Shown: positions 12,514 to 26,274 of the stretch, one piece after another
Numbering within the stretch: position 1 is the stretch's first letter
Layout: every line of letters begins with the position of its first letter
From: Pristiophorus japonicus
Lineage: Eukaryota
Length of the DNA: 64,000 nucleotides
Direction: 5' to 3'
Assembly: GCF_044704955.1 (NCBI RefSeq)
Contig: NC_091988.1
Coordinates: forward strand, 194,742,001-194,806,000
Notes under the pieces: model-generated
The model's database searches: none
Told to the model about the DNA's origin: nothing
What the model saw: the letters and a program-made list of their open reading frames with translations, nothing else
Made by a program: the position numbers and the translations under genes

Positions 12514-14710
12514 GTAAAATCGTCTCTCTACAATTGATTCTGAAGTACTCTCAAGGTAATGACTATCTCTACTCCCAATGATTCAACTCACACTATCCAC
12601 TGCAATAATCCTTCAAACTAGTACCTGTAATTGTGTCATCTCCCCTCGCTGACAGAAAACATTCTTTTAAAATGCCATAAAATTAGGTTAATATTGATCA
12701 TAATTCTTTCAACGAGTCCTGATGGTGAGATTCTCCCGAAATAACTGGTGGTGTAAAATTACTAGAATAGTTAAGTGTGGATTTCTACATGCTGCTTTAG
12801 GAGAGGTGAATATAGGACTGGTGAAGGTTACAGGTGTGACTTTTTCATGGCAGGCGAGCAGGAACAGTGTTTTTTCCTGTTTTGTGTTTAGTAAATAGGT
12901 TCCCGTCCTTGTCAGTCTGTCTGTTTCACCTGCAGATCACTCACATTCTTCACCTGGCACCACCGGGACTAACAGCAGATGATTATTACTTGTCAGAGAC
13001 CAGAGGATTCCCAGTGTCCCGAGATTCTCCCACTGAAGGTACCTGTTTTTAAAATCATATACTTTGAGTGCTCAATCACCTCCAATCTGAAATCCAACGT
13101 CAAGTTACAGACCGCTCGGTGTCAAATTTAGTCTGATAACACTCCTGTGAAGTGCCTTGGGACATTTTACTATGTTAAAGGCGCTATATAAATGCAAGTT
13201 GTTGTCCCCTGATGGATGAGGCTTGTTGACCACTGTACAGCAGTGTTTGCGGAGCTAAACTGCAGGTGCACGCAATTGATTGGATTTTCACTTACTTGAT
13301 GACTTTGTGTATAGCTGCTCACTGGTATGTTCAGCTAGCATCTGGGAGCTGTAACTGCCTACACTGAACCGGCTAAATGTCGCGTCGAGATATGGAACTA
13401 CTCTCCTGTATTACAGGAAAAATTATGCCCCTGATATTGTGGTCGTCGGCGTAGCTACGCTGTACACCTGACGATCTCGGATCGAAATCCGCACTCACCT
13501 GATGCGAGTCCCCAAAAGAAAACTTGCTCCGCAATGCAGCACAGCGGCCCACGGATCCCAGGGGCACACCCTTGTGCATAAGCGTAACTGGGATCACGTG
13601 GGGCATTGCTCCTTTCAGTACTCAATCAGGAAACATAAATCTCTGATGCCCGACATCAATCAACTTGTAAATTAAACGGTGTGAATATTTATTTGACAAG
13701 CACAGCACCTGGCTTTAAAAAGCACACAGAATACTTTGGAGTAAGTACAGTTATTTATTGAAAGTTCACAAGGTTTTAAAAAAAGATTAGAACATCTCAT
13801 CCCTCAAACTGAGTTTTTACAGCTGCCTGGTAGGTTGATACACAGCGCTTTTACGTGTTCGTTTTTAATTATTGATACATTTTTCTCATCTCCCCCTCCC
13901 CTCACTCTGTGCAAACAGGCTCCTGCACCTGTTTGCACCAGCCATAACATTTCCAGCATAATTGATGCATAGTTGGTGGGCAATTAACCCAACTTCTTAC
14001 CAGTAATGAAAATTTGACAGTCGCAGCGGCTGATCTGTCTAGTTGGAACTTGACAAATTGCAACTCTGGGATTTAGCGCATGCTTAGTGTACTCTGAGAG
14101 TACGCTGTCATAGTGACCGCAAATTCTGACCCATTGTTTTTAGTGTATAACGTGGAGATAAACAGCATCAACTCAGGCTTGCCTCTGATGGCAAAATTGG
14201 TTGTTGATTACACTGCTGACAGCATCATTGAGTCCGAGTGCCTCTGGCCTGATCCCCAATATTGCACACAAGTTAGCATATCTGTTTTTTTAATTTGTTT
14301 TGGGATGTGGGTGTCGCTGGCAAGGCCGGCATTTATTGCCCATCCCTAATTGCCCTCAAGAAGGTAGTGGTGAGCCGCCTTCTTGAACCGCTGCAGCCCT
14401 TGTGGTGAAGGAACTCCCACAGTGCTGGTAGGGAGGGAGTTCCAAGATTTTGACCCAGCGACAATGAAGGAACAGCGATATATTTCCAAGTTAGAACGGT
14501 GTGTAACTTGGAGGGGAACTTGGAGGTGATGGTGCTCCTCAAGGTGGCAGAGGTCATGGGTTTGGTAGGTGCTGCCGAAGAAGCCTTAGCGAGTTGCTGC
14601 AGTGCATCTTGTAGATGCTCTAAATGAAATGGTCCATGTTATATGTATCTAGCAGTATTTTCAGAGAGAGACACTAATTGAAGAGTCTACTGGGAAAGCA
14701 GAAACTCATT

Positions 14711-15283
14711 GGGCTGGATTTTCGGGTCTTCTGCCCTCCATTTTTCGCCCCGCAGCGGCAGCAATGGCGGCGGCAATGGCGGCGGTGAGGTGTTCTGGGC
14801 GGGCGATCAGTCTCCAGCGCCCCACAGTGATCCTCGGGTCCGGTTTTGCGGCGGAGCGGAGCAGCACCGCCCGGAAGAGCTGCGCCCGGTATGCAACATA
14901 CCTGGTTGCGACACCGGCGCGAGTTTGAACTTCTGCCTGACCCGTACGCCCCGAAGCGCACCTCGAACTGACCGCCTGGGAAATCAGGGCAGTGCAACCA
15001 TCCTGTCGGCAAAGAGGTCAGTAATGGACTCCTAAGGTAAGTGCGATTGTTTTTTCTTTAAATTTTTTTTGCAATTTGTGTTGTGGTGGCGTGGCCAATG
15101 TTTTTTTTTCAGGTTCCCACTGCCGGCGTCTGTCAGAGCGCTCCCGGGACAGCTCTTTAGCTCGGGAGTTTCCCATCCAGTGCCACGAGAGGTGTACAAT
15201 GCCTCCCTTCGCGCTGCACCCCATGACGCAGGGCCCAGATTCCCAAACTTACCTTCCGAGGCGCAAAGCTGAAAATCCAGCCC
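14711..15283. mobile_element. GC-rich non-autonomous DNA transposon, PIF/Harbinger-like; relative at about 25114-25750
   Basis: perfect 13-bp TIR GGGCTGGATTTTC, 3-bp TSD ATT. Confidence 0.75.
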
Positions 15284-16720
15284 ATTGTTAGATAAATTGA
15301 ACTTTTACTGCTTTAAGGACAAGCACGGCTATGGTCTGACAAATATCTATCAAAGTTCATTCAAATTACACTTGTGTAGATATGTGTATGTTTCTCTGTT
15401 TTAACGCATGTTCTTCATTATGGGATCAGTTCCATATTTAAGAATGAGCTTCATTTAAGTACATGATAATGAAAAGTTGCTTTTCTATATGGGTGGATTT
15501 ACACTAAACCTTTCGTGTCAGAATAAAGCAGTGTCTGGTTCACACCATGCTAATGTTGTGGTGAGTAATGTTAATCCAGATTCAGAGCCTGACCTGACTC
15601 GGGAGAAAAGCAGAGATTTCTCAAGTAGAGAGTTTCACACTGCCTCCATTTGACACTGTCAAACCAGGTGTAGGATGTGTCTGGGGAATTCATTGGACTC
15701 TGTACACTTTTTTAAACCTACCTACAATTAATTTACATCTTTAGCAAATGTGCCAGCACACCCTTAACATTTATAATTTAACTGCTGGGTTAGGATCTCT
15801 GCACATCCCTTGGCAAAATAATGAGCTCCTCTTTAGTTCAGTTGATAAATGGTTTATTACAGAGACAAACAGAGTAGGAAAGTTTCAGGTCTAATTTCCG
15901 GACGGTACTGTGTTAATTGTTTTCCAGTGAACCAGACCCTTCAAGAATGAAACGCCCATTTTTATCTCCACTAATCCACTGAAATTGTAATGAGATGGTT
16001 AGGGCAACTAGCTGTTCACTCCAACTGCAGTGCCTCCATTGGTTAGAGGGTGTAATTACAGCCTGACAACTTTAAATAAGCAGTTCCCATTAGAAATGTG
16101 CACCTAGAACTTATAATGGAATATATATATAAAGTAAAGGCACAATATATGACTTTAAATTGGACTGATTTTAGTCTGGGGCACCCTGGTCCAATGATCC
16201 CCTGCCCTCTAACGCTGCTCCACCTGAAGACTACAAGTAGTCTTAATTCCCCATGTGCAATGCCTCAAGATAACATTGTTATTTAAGTTCATAAGTTTCC
16301 TTTGTCTTTTTATGATTTGGATTTTATTGGGAAAGATATATTGGCCTTGGAGGGAGTGCAGCTAAGATTTACCAGAACAATACCTGGAATTCAAGGCATG
16401 GGCTTGATGGACCGAATGGCATTCTTCCGTGCTGTAACCATTCTGTTTCTCAATTACGAGGGGAGATTACACAAACTAAGGTTATATTCCCTGGAATTTA
16501 GAAGGTTAGGTGATTTGATCAAAGTTTTTAAGACATTAAGGGGAACTGACAGGGTAGATAGAGAGAAACTATGTCTGCTGGTTGGGGATTCTAGGGCTTG
16601 GGGACATACCCTAAAAGATTGAGCCCGATTGGTCAGGAATGAATTTAGGAACCACTTCTACATGCAAAGGGTGGCAGAAGTCTGAAACTCTGGTCTGCAA
16701 ACGGCAGTTGATGCTCGATC

Positions 16721-16860
16721 TGTTGTGTTCCTAACACAGATGAGACTGCACACAGGGAGGTTAAAGTAACAGTGACCTCAGTCTTTATTAAGACACTCCA
16801 GAGTCGGTAACAGCCTTAGGGGCCGGCTTATATACTGTGATCCCAAGGGATGCTGGGATC
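16721..16860 (-). repeat. 3' LTR of Gypsy 1, inner part and PPT deleted
   Basis: matches 21001-21141 then jumps to the integrase 3' end. Confidence 0.9.
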
Positions 16861-19800
16861 AATGTCAAAATGAAAACTATTTACAAGGTGAGGCAGTCGG
16901 GAGCCTTTCTTTCCCTGGTGGACCGCCTCGGTACAAATGTCTGTTCTGGTATGTTGGCTGTGCCCTCGCTGGGCTGGCGTGTTGTTGGCTCTGCAGGGCT
17001 GCTGGGTGAGCCTGGCCTTGCTGGGCTGTTGGGCGTGATGGGTTCGATTTCCTGGTCTGGCGTGGTGACGTTGATCCTTTGGATGTGTGTTGTGGGCTCA
17101 AAATAGGTGATGTCTGCTGTGGGTTGTTCAGGGCAGTCTGTGAACCACAGCCTCGTTTGGATCAGGTGCTTTCTGCAAATTTGTCCATTGTCTAGTTTGA
17201 CTACAAACACTCTACTCCCTTCTTTAGCTATCACCGTGCCCGCGATCCACTTGGGACCATGTCCATAGTTTAGCACATACACAGGATCATTCAGATTAAT
17301 TTCCCGTGACACAGTGGCGCGATCATCGTTTACATTTTGTTGCTGCCGCCTGCTCTCTACCTGATCATGCAGGTTGGGGTGAACAGCGAGAGTCTGGTTT
17401 TAAGTGTCCTTTTCATGAGTAGCTCAGCCGAAGGCACCCCTGTGAGCGAGTGGGGTCTCGTGTGGTAGCTGAGCAGTACTCGGGACAGGCCGGTTTGGAG
17501 TGAGCCTTCTGTGACTCGTTTGGGGCTCTATTTGATTGTTTCTACTGCCCGCTCTGCCTGCCCATTGGAGGCTGGTTTAAATGGGGCCAAGGTGACATGT
17601 TTGATCTCATTGCGGGTCATGAATTCTTTAAATTTGGCACTGGTGAAACATGGCCCGTTGTCACTGACCAGTGTGTCAGGCAGGCCGTGGGTGACAAACA
17701 CGGCCCTCAGGCTTTTAATGGTGGCGGTGGCGGTGCTTCCCGACATTATTTCACATTCAATCCATTTTGAAAAAGCATCCACCACACCAGGAACATTTTA
17801 CCGAGAAACGGGCCCGCATAGTCGACATGGATCCTCGACCATGGTCTGGAGGGCCAGGACCACAAACTTAGTGGTGCCTCTCTGGGCGTGTTGCTCAACT
17901 GAGCACATATGCTGCATTGCCAGACACAGGACTCTAAGTCAGAGTCGATACCGGGCCTCCACACGTGCGATCTGGCTATCGCTTTCATCATTACTATACC
18001 CGGGTGTGTGCTGTGGAGATCGGAGATGAACGTCTCCCTGCCCTTTTTGGGTAGCACTACACGGTTACCCCACAACAGGCAGTCTGCCTGAATGGACAGC
18101 TCGTCCTTTCGCCGTTGGAACGGCTTGATTGGCTCTTGCATTTCAACGGGGATGCTGGCCCAGCTCCCATGCAGTACACAGTTTTTTACTCGGGACAGCA
18201 GAGGATCTTAGCTGGTCCAAGTCCTAATCTGGCGGGCCGTGACAGGTGATTTATCATTTTCAAACGCTTCCATGACCATCAACAAGTCTGCGGGCTGCGC
18301 CACCATCAACAAGTTTGCAGGCTGCGCTATTTCCACACCCGTGGTGGGCAATGGTAGCCGACTGAGAGCCTCTGCACAGTTCTCGGTGCCTGGCCTGTGG
18401 CGGATGGTATAGTTATACGCTGATAGCGCGAGTGCCCACCTTTGTATGCGGGCTGAGGCATTAGTATTTATCTCCTTGCTTTCGGCAAACAGGGATATGA
18501 GGGGCTTGTGATCGGTTTCCAGCTCAAATTTGAGGCCAAAAAGGTACTGATGCATTTTTTTTACCCTGAACACTCACACTAATGCCTCTTTCTCAATCAT
18601 GCTGTAGGCCCTCTTGGCCTTAGACAAGCTCCTGGAAGCATAGGCGACAGGTTGCAACCTCCCCACAATGTTAGCTTGTTGTAATACACACCCGACTCCA
18701 TATGACGACACATCACATGCTAGCACGAGTCTTTTACACGGGTTATACAATACAAGCAGCTTGTCGGAGCATAAAATGTTTCTGGCTTTCTCAAAAGCAA
18801 TTACTTGTTTTTTTCCCCATACTCAGTTCTCACCTTTACGTAATAACACATGTAGGGGCTGTAAGAGGGTGCATAGCCCCGGTAGGAAGTTACCAAAATA
18901 GTTGAGGAGTCCCAGGAACGACCGCAGCTCCGTGACGTTCTGTGGCTTGGGCGCATTCCTGATAGCCTCTGTCTTGGCGTCTGTGGGCCGAATGCCGTCC
19001 GCCGCGATCTTTCTCCCCAAAAACTCCACTTCTGTTGCCATGAAGACGCATTTCGACCTCTTCAGCCGCAGTCCTATGCGATCCAGTCGCTGGAGGACCT
19101 CTTCCAGGTTTTGTAGGTGCTCGACGGTGTCCCGACCCGTGACCAATATGTCGTCCTGAAAAACCACCGTGCGTGGTACCGACTTGAGTAGGCTCTCCAT
19201 GTTTCTCTGGAAGATCGCTGCAGCCGACCGAATTCCAAACGGGCATCAGTTGTAGACGAACAGTTCCTTGTGCGTGTTGATGCAGGTGAGGCCCTTCAAA
19301 GACTCCTCCAGCTCCTGCGTCATGTAGGCTGAAGTCAGGTCAAGCTTGGTGAACATCTTGCCTCCTGCCAGTGTCGCAAATAGGTCATCTGTCTTAGATA
19401 GCGGGTATTGGTCCTGTGGCAAGAAACGATTAATAGTTACTTTATAATCGCCGCAAATCCTGACCGTGCCATCACTTTTGAGTACTGGAATAATCGGGCT
19501 GGCCCACTCACTGAATTTCACTGGGGAGATGATGCCCTCGCATTGCAGCCTGTCCAGCTCGATTTTCACTCTCTCCCTCATCATGTGAGGTACCACTCGT
19601 GCCTTGTGGTGAATGGGTCGTGGCTCTGGGACCAAGTGGATCCGCACCTTCACCCCGGAAAAGTTTCCAAGGCTCAAAAAGGGAAGGAAATTTGTTAAGA
19701 ACCTGGGTACATGAGGCCTCATTGACATGTGATAGCGCTCGGATGTCATTCCAGTTTAAGCGGATTTTGCGCAGCCAGCTCCTTCCAAGCAGTGTGGGGC

Positions 19801-21000
19801 CATCGCCCAGGACAATCCAGAGTGGCAGTTCATGGACCGTGCCCTCGTAGGTGACGTTGACCATGGCGCTGCCCAGGACAGTGATAAGCTCTTTGGTGTA
19901 CGTTCTCAGTTTCGTGTGAATGGGGCTCAGGGCTGGTCTGAGTGCCTTGTTGCACTACAGTCTCTCAAACATCTTTTTACTCATGATGGATTGGCTAACG
20001 CCAGTACCCAGTTCCATGGCTATGGGTAAGCCATTCAATTTTACGTTTAGCATTATAAGTGGACATTTCATCGAAAATGTGTACTACAGCATCTGCCTCC
20101 TCTCTCTGAGGCTCGAAATTGCTTTGAATCACCATGGACCCATCTTCCTCTGCCACGTGGTGGTTAGCAGGTTTTGGAGAGCTTGCAGCTCGTCTGCAAG
20201 CTCGTTGGAGGTGCCCCATTGTTCCACAGCTCTTGCAAACATACCCTTTGAAGTGGCATGAATAGGCTGAATGAAAGCCTCCACATGCCAACAAGGTGTG
20301 AATTGCCTTGCATTCATCCTTTGTTGCGGACTCTGAGTCATCTGGGTCATCTGAGGCCTGCTGGCAGTTGCAGACTCATGGTTTCTGCCCTGTATATTTC
20401 TGCTCCAGTTAATTTATGAACATTGCTAGCACTTGTGTGCTGAGAGATTTGTTTGGTGTTATCACTGGTGGACATAAACGCCTATGCTATCGCAATAGCC
20501 TTACTGAGGGTCGGTGTCTCTACAGTCAAAAGTTTTTGTAGGATTGTCTTGTGGCCAATGCCCAGTACAAAAAAGTCTCTGAGCATTTGCTCTCGGTAGC
20601 CATCAAACTCACATTGTCCTGCAAGTCGCCTTAGCTCGGCGACATAGCTCGCCACTTCCTGACCTTCAGATCACTGGTACGTGTAGATACCTCGCCATCA
20701 GCATGCTCTCCCTCGGGTTAAGATGCTCCCGAACCAGTGTACACAGCTCCTCATACGACGTATCTGTGGGTTTCACTGGAGACAGAAGATTCTTCATGAG
20801 ACTGTAGGTCGGTGCCCCGCAGACTGTGAGGTGGGCCGCTCTCCTTTTTGCAGCGCTTCCTTCTCCATCCAGCTCGTTGGCTACAAAGTACTGGTTTAAC
20901 CATTCGACATAGGCTTCCCAGTCCTCACCCTCCGAGAACTTCTCCAGGATGCCCACAGTTTGCTGCAACTTTGCGTTGGATTCGTGTACTCGTCGCCAGT

Positions 21001-21211
21001 TGTTGTGTTCCTAACACAGATGATACTGCACACAGGGAGGTTAAAGTAACAGTGACCTCAGTCTTTATTAAGACACTCCAGAGTCGGTAACAGGCCTTTG
21101 GGGCTGGCTTATATACGGTGCTCCCAAGGGATGCTGGTATCCCTTGGGACTTCAGGAGATGTGCTCCCTGGTGGTGGAACATGGAAGTGCATGCTTTACT
21201 GATACACAACA
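21001..21211 (-). repeat. 5' LTR of Gypsy 1; PBS TGGCGACGAG at 20989-20998
   Basis: direct repeat of 16721-16860; TATA and AATAAA on minus strand; PBS complementary to the 3' end of tRNA-Ser(GCT) as recalled. Confidence 0.9.
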
Positions 21212-21562
21212 AGATCAATTGTTCATTTTAAATCTGAGAGTAATAGCTTTTTGTTAACCCAAGGGATATGGGGCAAAGGCGGGCATATGGAGTGAAGTCA
21301 CAGATCAGCCATGATCCCACTGAATGGCAGAACAGGTTCTAGGGGCTAAATGGCCTACTCTTGTTCCTATGTCCTGTTGCTATGTTCCTATTAGTTGTGC
21401 CCCTCGAAAATGGGGGAACTTTTGTTAGATTTCTTTTCTTTGGGTTGATGACACTGAGGCAACCCAGTGTTTCCTTATGGGCTACAAAAAAAGGCAATGC
21501 TCCCCAGATGTCCACTGGTATAAAATAATAAGCTCATTGGACAGCACAGAGCAGTGTCTGAT

Positions 21563-21867
21563 TGTTGTATATGCTGACTATGGATGTACTCTATGTGTAG
21601 TCACTGTGAGATTGTATAAGATGGAGACTTGTTTACCTGATTTACTCTCAATAAGGTTCACACCGTGTACATTCATGCTGGCACCACTAGAGGGTGCAAC
21701 TGGTGGAGACCGGGGTTTCCTGCCCTGGTGGCAGGGCCCTGTATAAAAGGCTGCTCACTATGCTTGCACAGCACTCTGGAGTTTGGAATAATGAACCGAG
21801 GTCACTACAGTTCAAGTACAACATATTACCTTGTGGAGTCATTCATAAGTATACTATAGACATAACA
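21563..21867 (+). mobile_element. solo LTR (305 bp)
   Basis: TGTTG...TAACA termini, perfect 5-bp TSD CTGAT (21558-21562, 21868-21872), internal TATAAAA. Confidence 0.85.
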
Positions 21868-22184
21868 CTGATTCTCTTGACTTTCCTTTCATGTTCATCT
21901 CGTGTAAATTTAGAATAATTAACAGCTAAATAAGACAAAAAAATACCAGCCATTTCTTTTGCTTATTTGTTTAGACAGCATTGTTCGTTTAATTCTGAAT
22001 ATCTGATTTAACTTATTATTATTGTTAACTTGTTGGTTCTTCGCAATGCTCTGAAGATTTGTGTTAGAACAGAGAATGTTGGATATTGAAATCCAGTTAC
22101 TACATCTTCTGACAAGTCTGTTTTAAAAATAGCGGTTCTGTTAATACAAGAAACGCTTAAGTTCAAAATCAGCCAATGGTCTCT

Positions 22185-22708
22185 TCTTATTCTTGGGCAG
22201 TCCCCCGGAGTCGAGGATGACTTGCTTCCACACTAAGATGAGGTCTAAGGTGACTGATGAGACCAATACGTGATCTGCAGTCTCTGTCACAGGTGGGGCA
22301 GATGGTGGTTAAAGGGACGGGTGGGTGGGGTGCTTGGTTTGTCGTGCGCTCCTTCCGCTGTTTGCACTTGGCTTCCGCTTGCTCCCGACGAAGTGTTCGG
22401 CGCCTTCTCGGATGCTTCTCCACCACTTTGAGTGGTCTTGGACCGGGGATTCCCAAGAGTCGGTGAGGATGTTACATTTTTTCAAGGAGGCTTTGAGGGT
22501 GTCCTTGAAGCGTTTTCTCTGCCCTCCTGGGACTCGCTTGCTGTGACGGAGCTCAGAGTAGAGTGCTTGTTTCGGGAGTCTAGCATCGGCCATGCGGCCA
22601 ATGTGGCCCATCCATCGGAGCTGATCGAGTGGGTCAATGCTTCGATGCTGGGGATGTTGGCCTGAGAGGGAACGCTGACATTGGTGCGCCTATCCTGCCA
22701 GTGGATTA
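22185..22708 (-). mobile_element. RTE-clade LINE 3' fragment (related subfamily)
   Basis: RLPKQALYSEL..GGQRKRFKDTLK, CPTCDRDCRSRIGLISH. Confidence 0.9.
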
Positions 22709-24652
22709 CTTGTGAGCTAGTTGTCCATAAAGCACTATTATTGGTCACCATCAAGCAGTGGATAATGAAAGAAACTGAAATGTAGATCAATAGTTATATC
22801 TTTGAGTAACATTTCACCTGTGAAAGAGGATTGGATTTCCTACATCACAACAGTGACTACACTTCAAAAAGTACTTCATTGGTTGTAAAGTGCCTTGGGA
22901 TGTTTGGTGGTTGTGAAAGGCGCTATAGAAATGCAAGTCTTCATTTTTCTTTCATTAAATCTCCACTGCAGTATGCTCCATGTCTCTGAGTGATTTCCCC
23001 AAAACTGGCTGAAAGTATTTTAATAATTAGATAGATACTGACAATATTTCAACACTTCTGAAAATAGTTTGAAGGATTTCTTTGAAGAATATTTCATAAT
23101 AATATGCCTCTTAAATTGATCAATTACTTTAAAAAAATCTATATATTTTACTTCTAATTTATCAACTTTTCCTGTAATTTTAATGCTTTAAAATGTTTTA
23201 TTATTCTTTCACGGGATGTGGGCATTGCTGGCAAGGCCAGCATTTATTGCCCATCCCTAATCGATTTTGAGAAGGTGGTGGTGAGCCGTCTTCTTGAACC
23301 GCTGCAGTCCCTATGGTGAAGGTACACCCATAGTGCTGTTAGGGAAGGAGTTCCAGGATTTTGACCCAGCGACGATGAAGGAACAGCGATACATTTCCAA
23401 ATCTGGATGGTGTGTAACTTGGAGGGGAACTTGCAGGTGATGGAGTTCCTCTGTGCCTGCTGCCCTTGTCCTTCTCGGTGGTAGAGGTCGAAGCCAGACT
23501 TAGAAACATAGAAACATAGAAATTTACAGCGCAGAAGGAGGCCATTTCAGCCCATCGAGTCCGCGCCAGCCGACAAAGAGCCGCACAGCCCTCAGGTCAG
23601 CAGCCCTGAAGGTTACATATAAACCTATGAACAATGACGGAAAGGTAAAGAACACCCAGCCCAACTAGCCCGCTCCACACAACTGCGACACCTCTTATAC
23701 TGAAACATTCTACACTCCACTCCAACCGGAGCCTTGTGATCTCCTGGGGGAGGCAAAAAACAGATAAAAGCCCAGGCCAATTTAAGGAGAAAAAATCATT
23801 TCATATCTGGTTATTTTGGTATTGAGCACTGAAGATTTGATCATTCGGGGTTTCTCGGTTGAACAAGACAATTCTGGCTGATTTGAGCATTATTTTTTCA
23901 ATCTTAACGATTCTAGTTCTCTTAAGTCGCCAGCACAGTAAGGTACCGTACAAGGAGGCGTGTTTTGCACATGAATACTTTAACACTTCCTTTTGCAAGC
24001 CATGATCCATGCAATACAATCGGGACCAGCAACCACTGTAAAAGGGAGACAGGGGGAACCCCACAGCGATTAGACCAACGGAGATTGAAACCAATCGGAT
24101 GAAATGCCAAAATTAATTATCCCTTTAAAAACTGCAAAAGCCCAAGTGCTCGAAATGTTGATCTTGGTCAGTGCACGAGTAGGGCTGGCTTCGGAAATCA
24201 GAACTGCTCGCTCCACTTTTGAATGGTTTTGTCTTCTTTCTAAAATAATTAATTTGTGATCAACCTCTTCTCAGTCGGGTTAAACCCCAATAGGTACGGC
24301 AAAGAGATCTTTCTGTGATTCTAAGCAAGAAACTGGCAAGACTACAACGAATGATTAGCCCTCTCAAACAAAAAAAAGGGTCTCTGATGTCACACCGGCG
24401 TTTTGCATGAATACGATTATGCGGTGTCACCTCTTGTACAGCGTACAAGTAAATGCAAATGTTCGAGCGGTTTAAACTCCGCTGGGGAGAGATGACCTTA
24501 GAAAATAAGGCTGGATTTAATCCCAGTTGTTTGAGGATATGTGAAGTTGTGAGAGTTCTCACAGATGGGTTCTACTGAAAATGTTTGCTTGCTGCCTTTG
24601 TTATTTATAATCAGTAAAGTTGATTACTTGTGACTGTGTGCACTGTTTGCAG

Positions 24653-24722
24653 GTTGTATTCAACAGCAGAAGGACAGATTGATCGAGCGCATATACAATT
24701 TTCAATTGCTGATATGTACACA
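24653..24722 (+). CDS. candidate upstream 70-nt SGK2 exon
   Basis: ctgtttgcag acceptor and CA|gtgagt donor; two frames open, one loosely resembling SGK1 exon 2. Confidence 0.5.
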
Positions 24723-26274
24723 GTGAGTAAACAGATTATATGTCTTTAAACTGAGTTACATGTCATCTTGTTGACTGTTGTATTGCAACTGAATGTTATA
24801 TAGTGTTTATATAATATGTTTATACTGTAACTTTGCAGTTGCTCTGAAGCAGTTTCTGGAGTCTGGTCCTGACTTGACTTTGGGAAGACCACCCTGGGAG
24901 GAGAAAGTTTATTGAGACTGCCCTGGGAGGAGGGTTTCAAGTAAACAACTTGAATTTTACACTGTAATGAGGAGCATGACTCCAATGGATTCTCAAATCT
25001 GTTGTTAAAAAGTGCATATGGATCTCCTAAGCATTTTTAAGAAGACGTAGCGAGAGTTGATTTAAATGTTCAGAGAGTACGGATGCTCCATCGATATAAC
25101 TCTCAAAATATTTAGGACTGGATTTTCGGTTTTGCCAATTTCGGGGCGGTAATGGTGGAGGGGCGGTAACGTTTGCACCTCAGTCGGCAAAATTCATCAG
25201 CTGGGCCCTGAGTATGGGGCAGAGCGCTAAGGGAGGCATTACACATCTCTCTCTTAGGGCGCTGGGTCGGCTGAGCAACTGAAAATCCCGAGCTAAACAT
25301 CCTGTAAGAGAGACTTGGGGGGGGAAAAAAACCTGAAAAAAACACCAAAAACATTCCCAATAAATAACTCACGCCACCACAACATAAATCGCAATAAAAA
25401 ACAATGACACTTATCTGAGGTCGACATTACGTACCTCACTGCAGCCACTACAGCTCGGACCGCTCACTTTCACAGCCAGTCCCAGCAGGATACTCTACGG
25501 AGCGGTACGGATCGGGCCACAGCCAAAAATTGAGCCACTGTCGCAAATTTATTTGAACTTACCTTGGCCACCTCGCCTTTAAGCATCACCCCCGAAGTGC
25601 AGAGCCTGCAGCGATGGCCCTTCCCTTTAAGGGAGGGAAGGAGCCTTTTGGCGCGGCAGTGCTGCACACCTTCCGCCCCGCCTGCTGCCTCTTGCACTCC
25701 AGGAAGGAAGTGAAGTGTTTGATTTAGCACTGCACTTACTTCCTGGAGTTATTCTTTGCACGCATTGTGGTGATTCACAGTCACAGACAGGAACGGTAGC
25801 ATCTGATTCACTAATGTCTGTTAGGGGAGGAAATCTGCTGTCCTTACCTGGTCTGGCCTATATGTGACAGCAATGTGGTTGATTCTGAAATGGCCCAGCA
25901 AGTCACTCAGTTGTACCAAACCCCTACATCAAAGCGACGCATTCCGAATATAATAACTGAACAATTTTCTACAGTCTTGTAAATTCAAAGAGCGTGCACG
26001 AATTTCATCAGCACTCCTAATCCTTATTTTTTTTGTATGGAAGAGTGAGATAGAGGGAATGAAGGGGTACGAAAGAAGCAAATACATAAGATAAAGTAGT
26101 AGTAGTGTGAAATTTTGAGGAGCTCAAGGCGGAAAAGGCACTGGTCCTGATGGCTGCAGTCTGAGGGAAGTCAGAGAAGAAATAGTAGAGGCTCTAACCA
26201 CAATCTTTCAAACTTCCTTAGATATTGAGTTTCTGCCAGGAGACTGGAGAGTTTCAGTGTAACAGCTCAGTTCA

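Larger units (their letters stand above)
16721..21211 (-). mobile_element. decayed Ty3/Gypsy LTR retrotransposon 1 (Mag/K02A2.6-like)
   Basis: fragmented gag, protease, RT (VFQDD), RNase H (ETDHKPL) and integrase (LVSDNGP, SNGQAERAV) in Gypsy order; TG..CA ends; TSD cgatc/agatc. Confidence 0.95.
16330..21390 (+). mobile_element. CR1 3' fragment split by Gypsy 1 (16330-16720 and 21212-21390)
   Basis: GKDILALEGVQ, YSLEFRRLGDLI; sequence resumes colinearly after the LTR element. Confidence 0.85.

Noticed and set aside
18275-18328. 27-bp in-frame duplication (AQPANLLMV/AQPADLLMV) in Gypsy 1 pol
   Set aside because: Real but a minor slippage event in a dead element
24839-24940. Next N-terminal SGK2 coding exon
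   Set aside because: Good acceptor but stops in all three frames before a convincing donor
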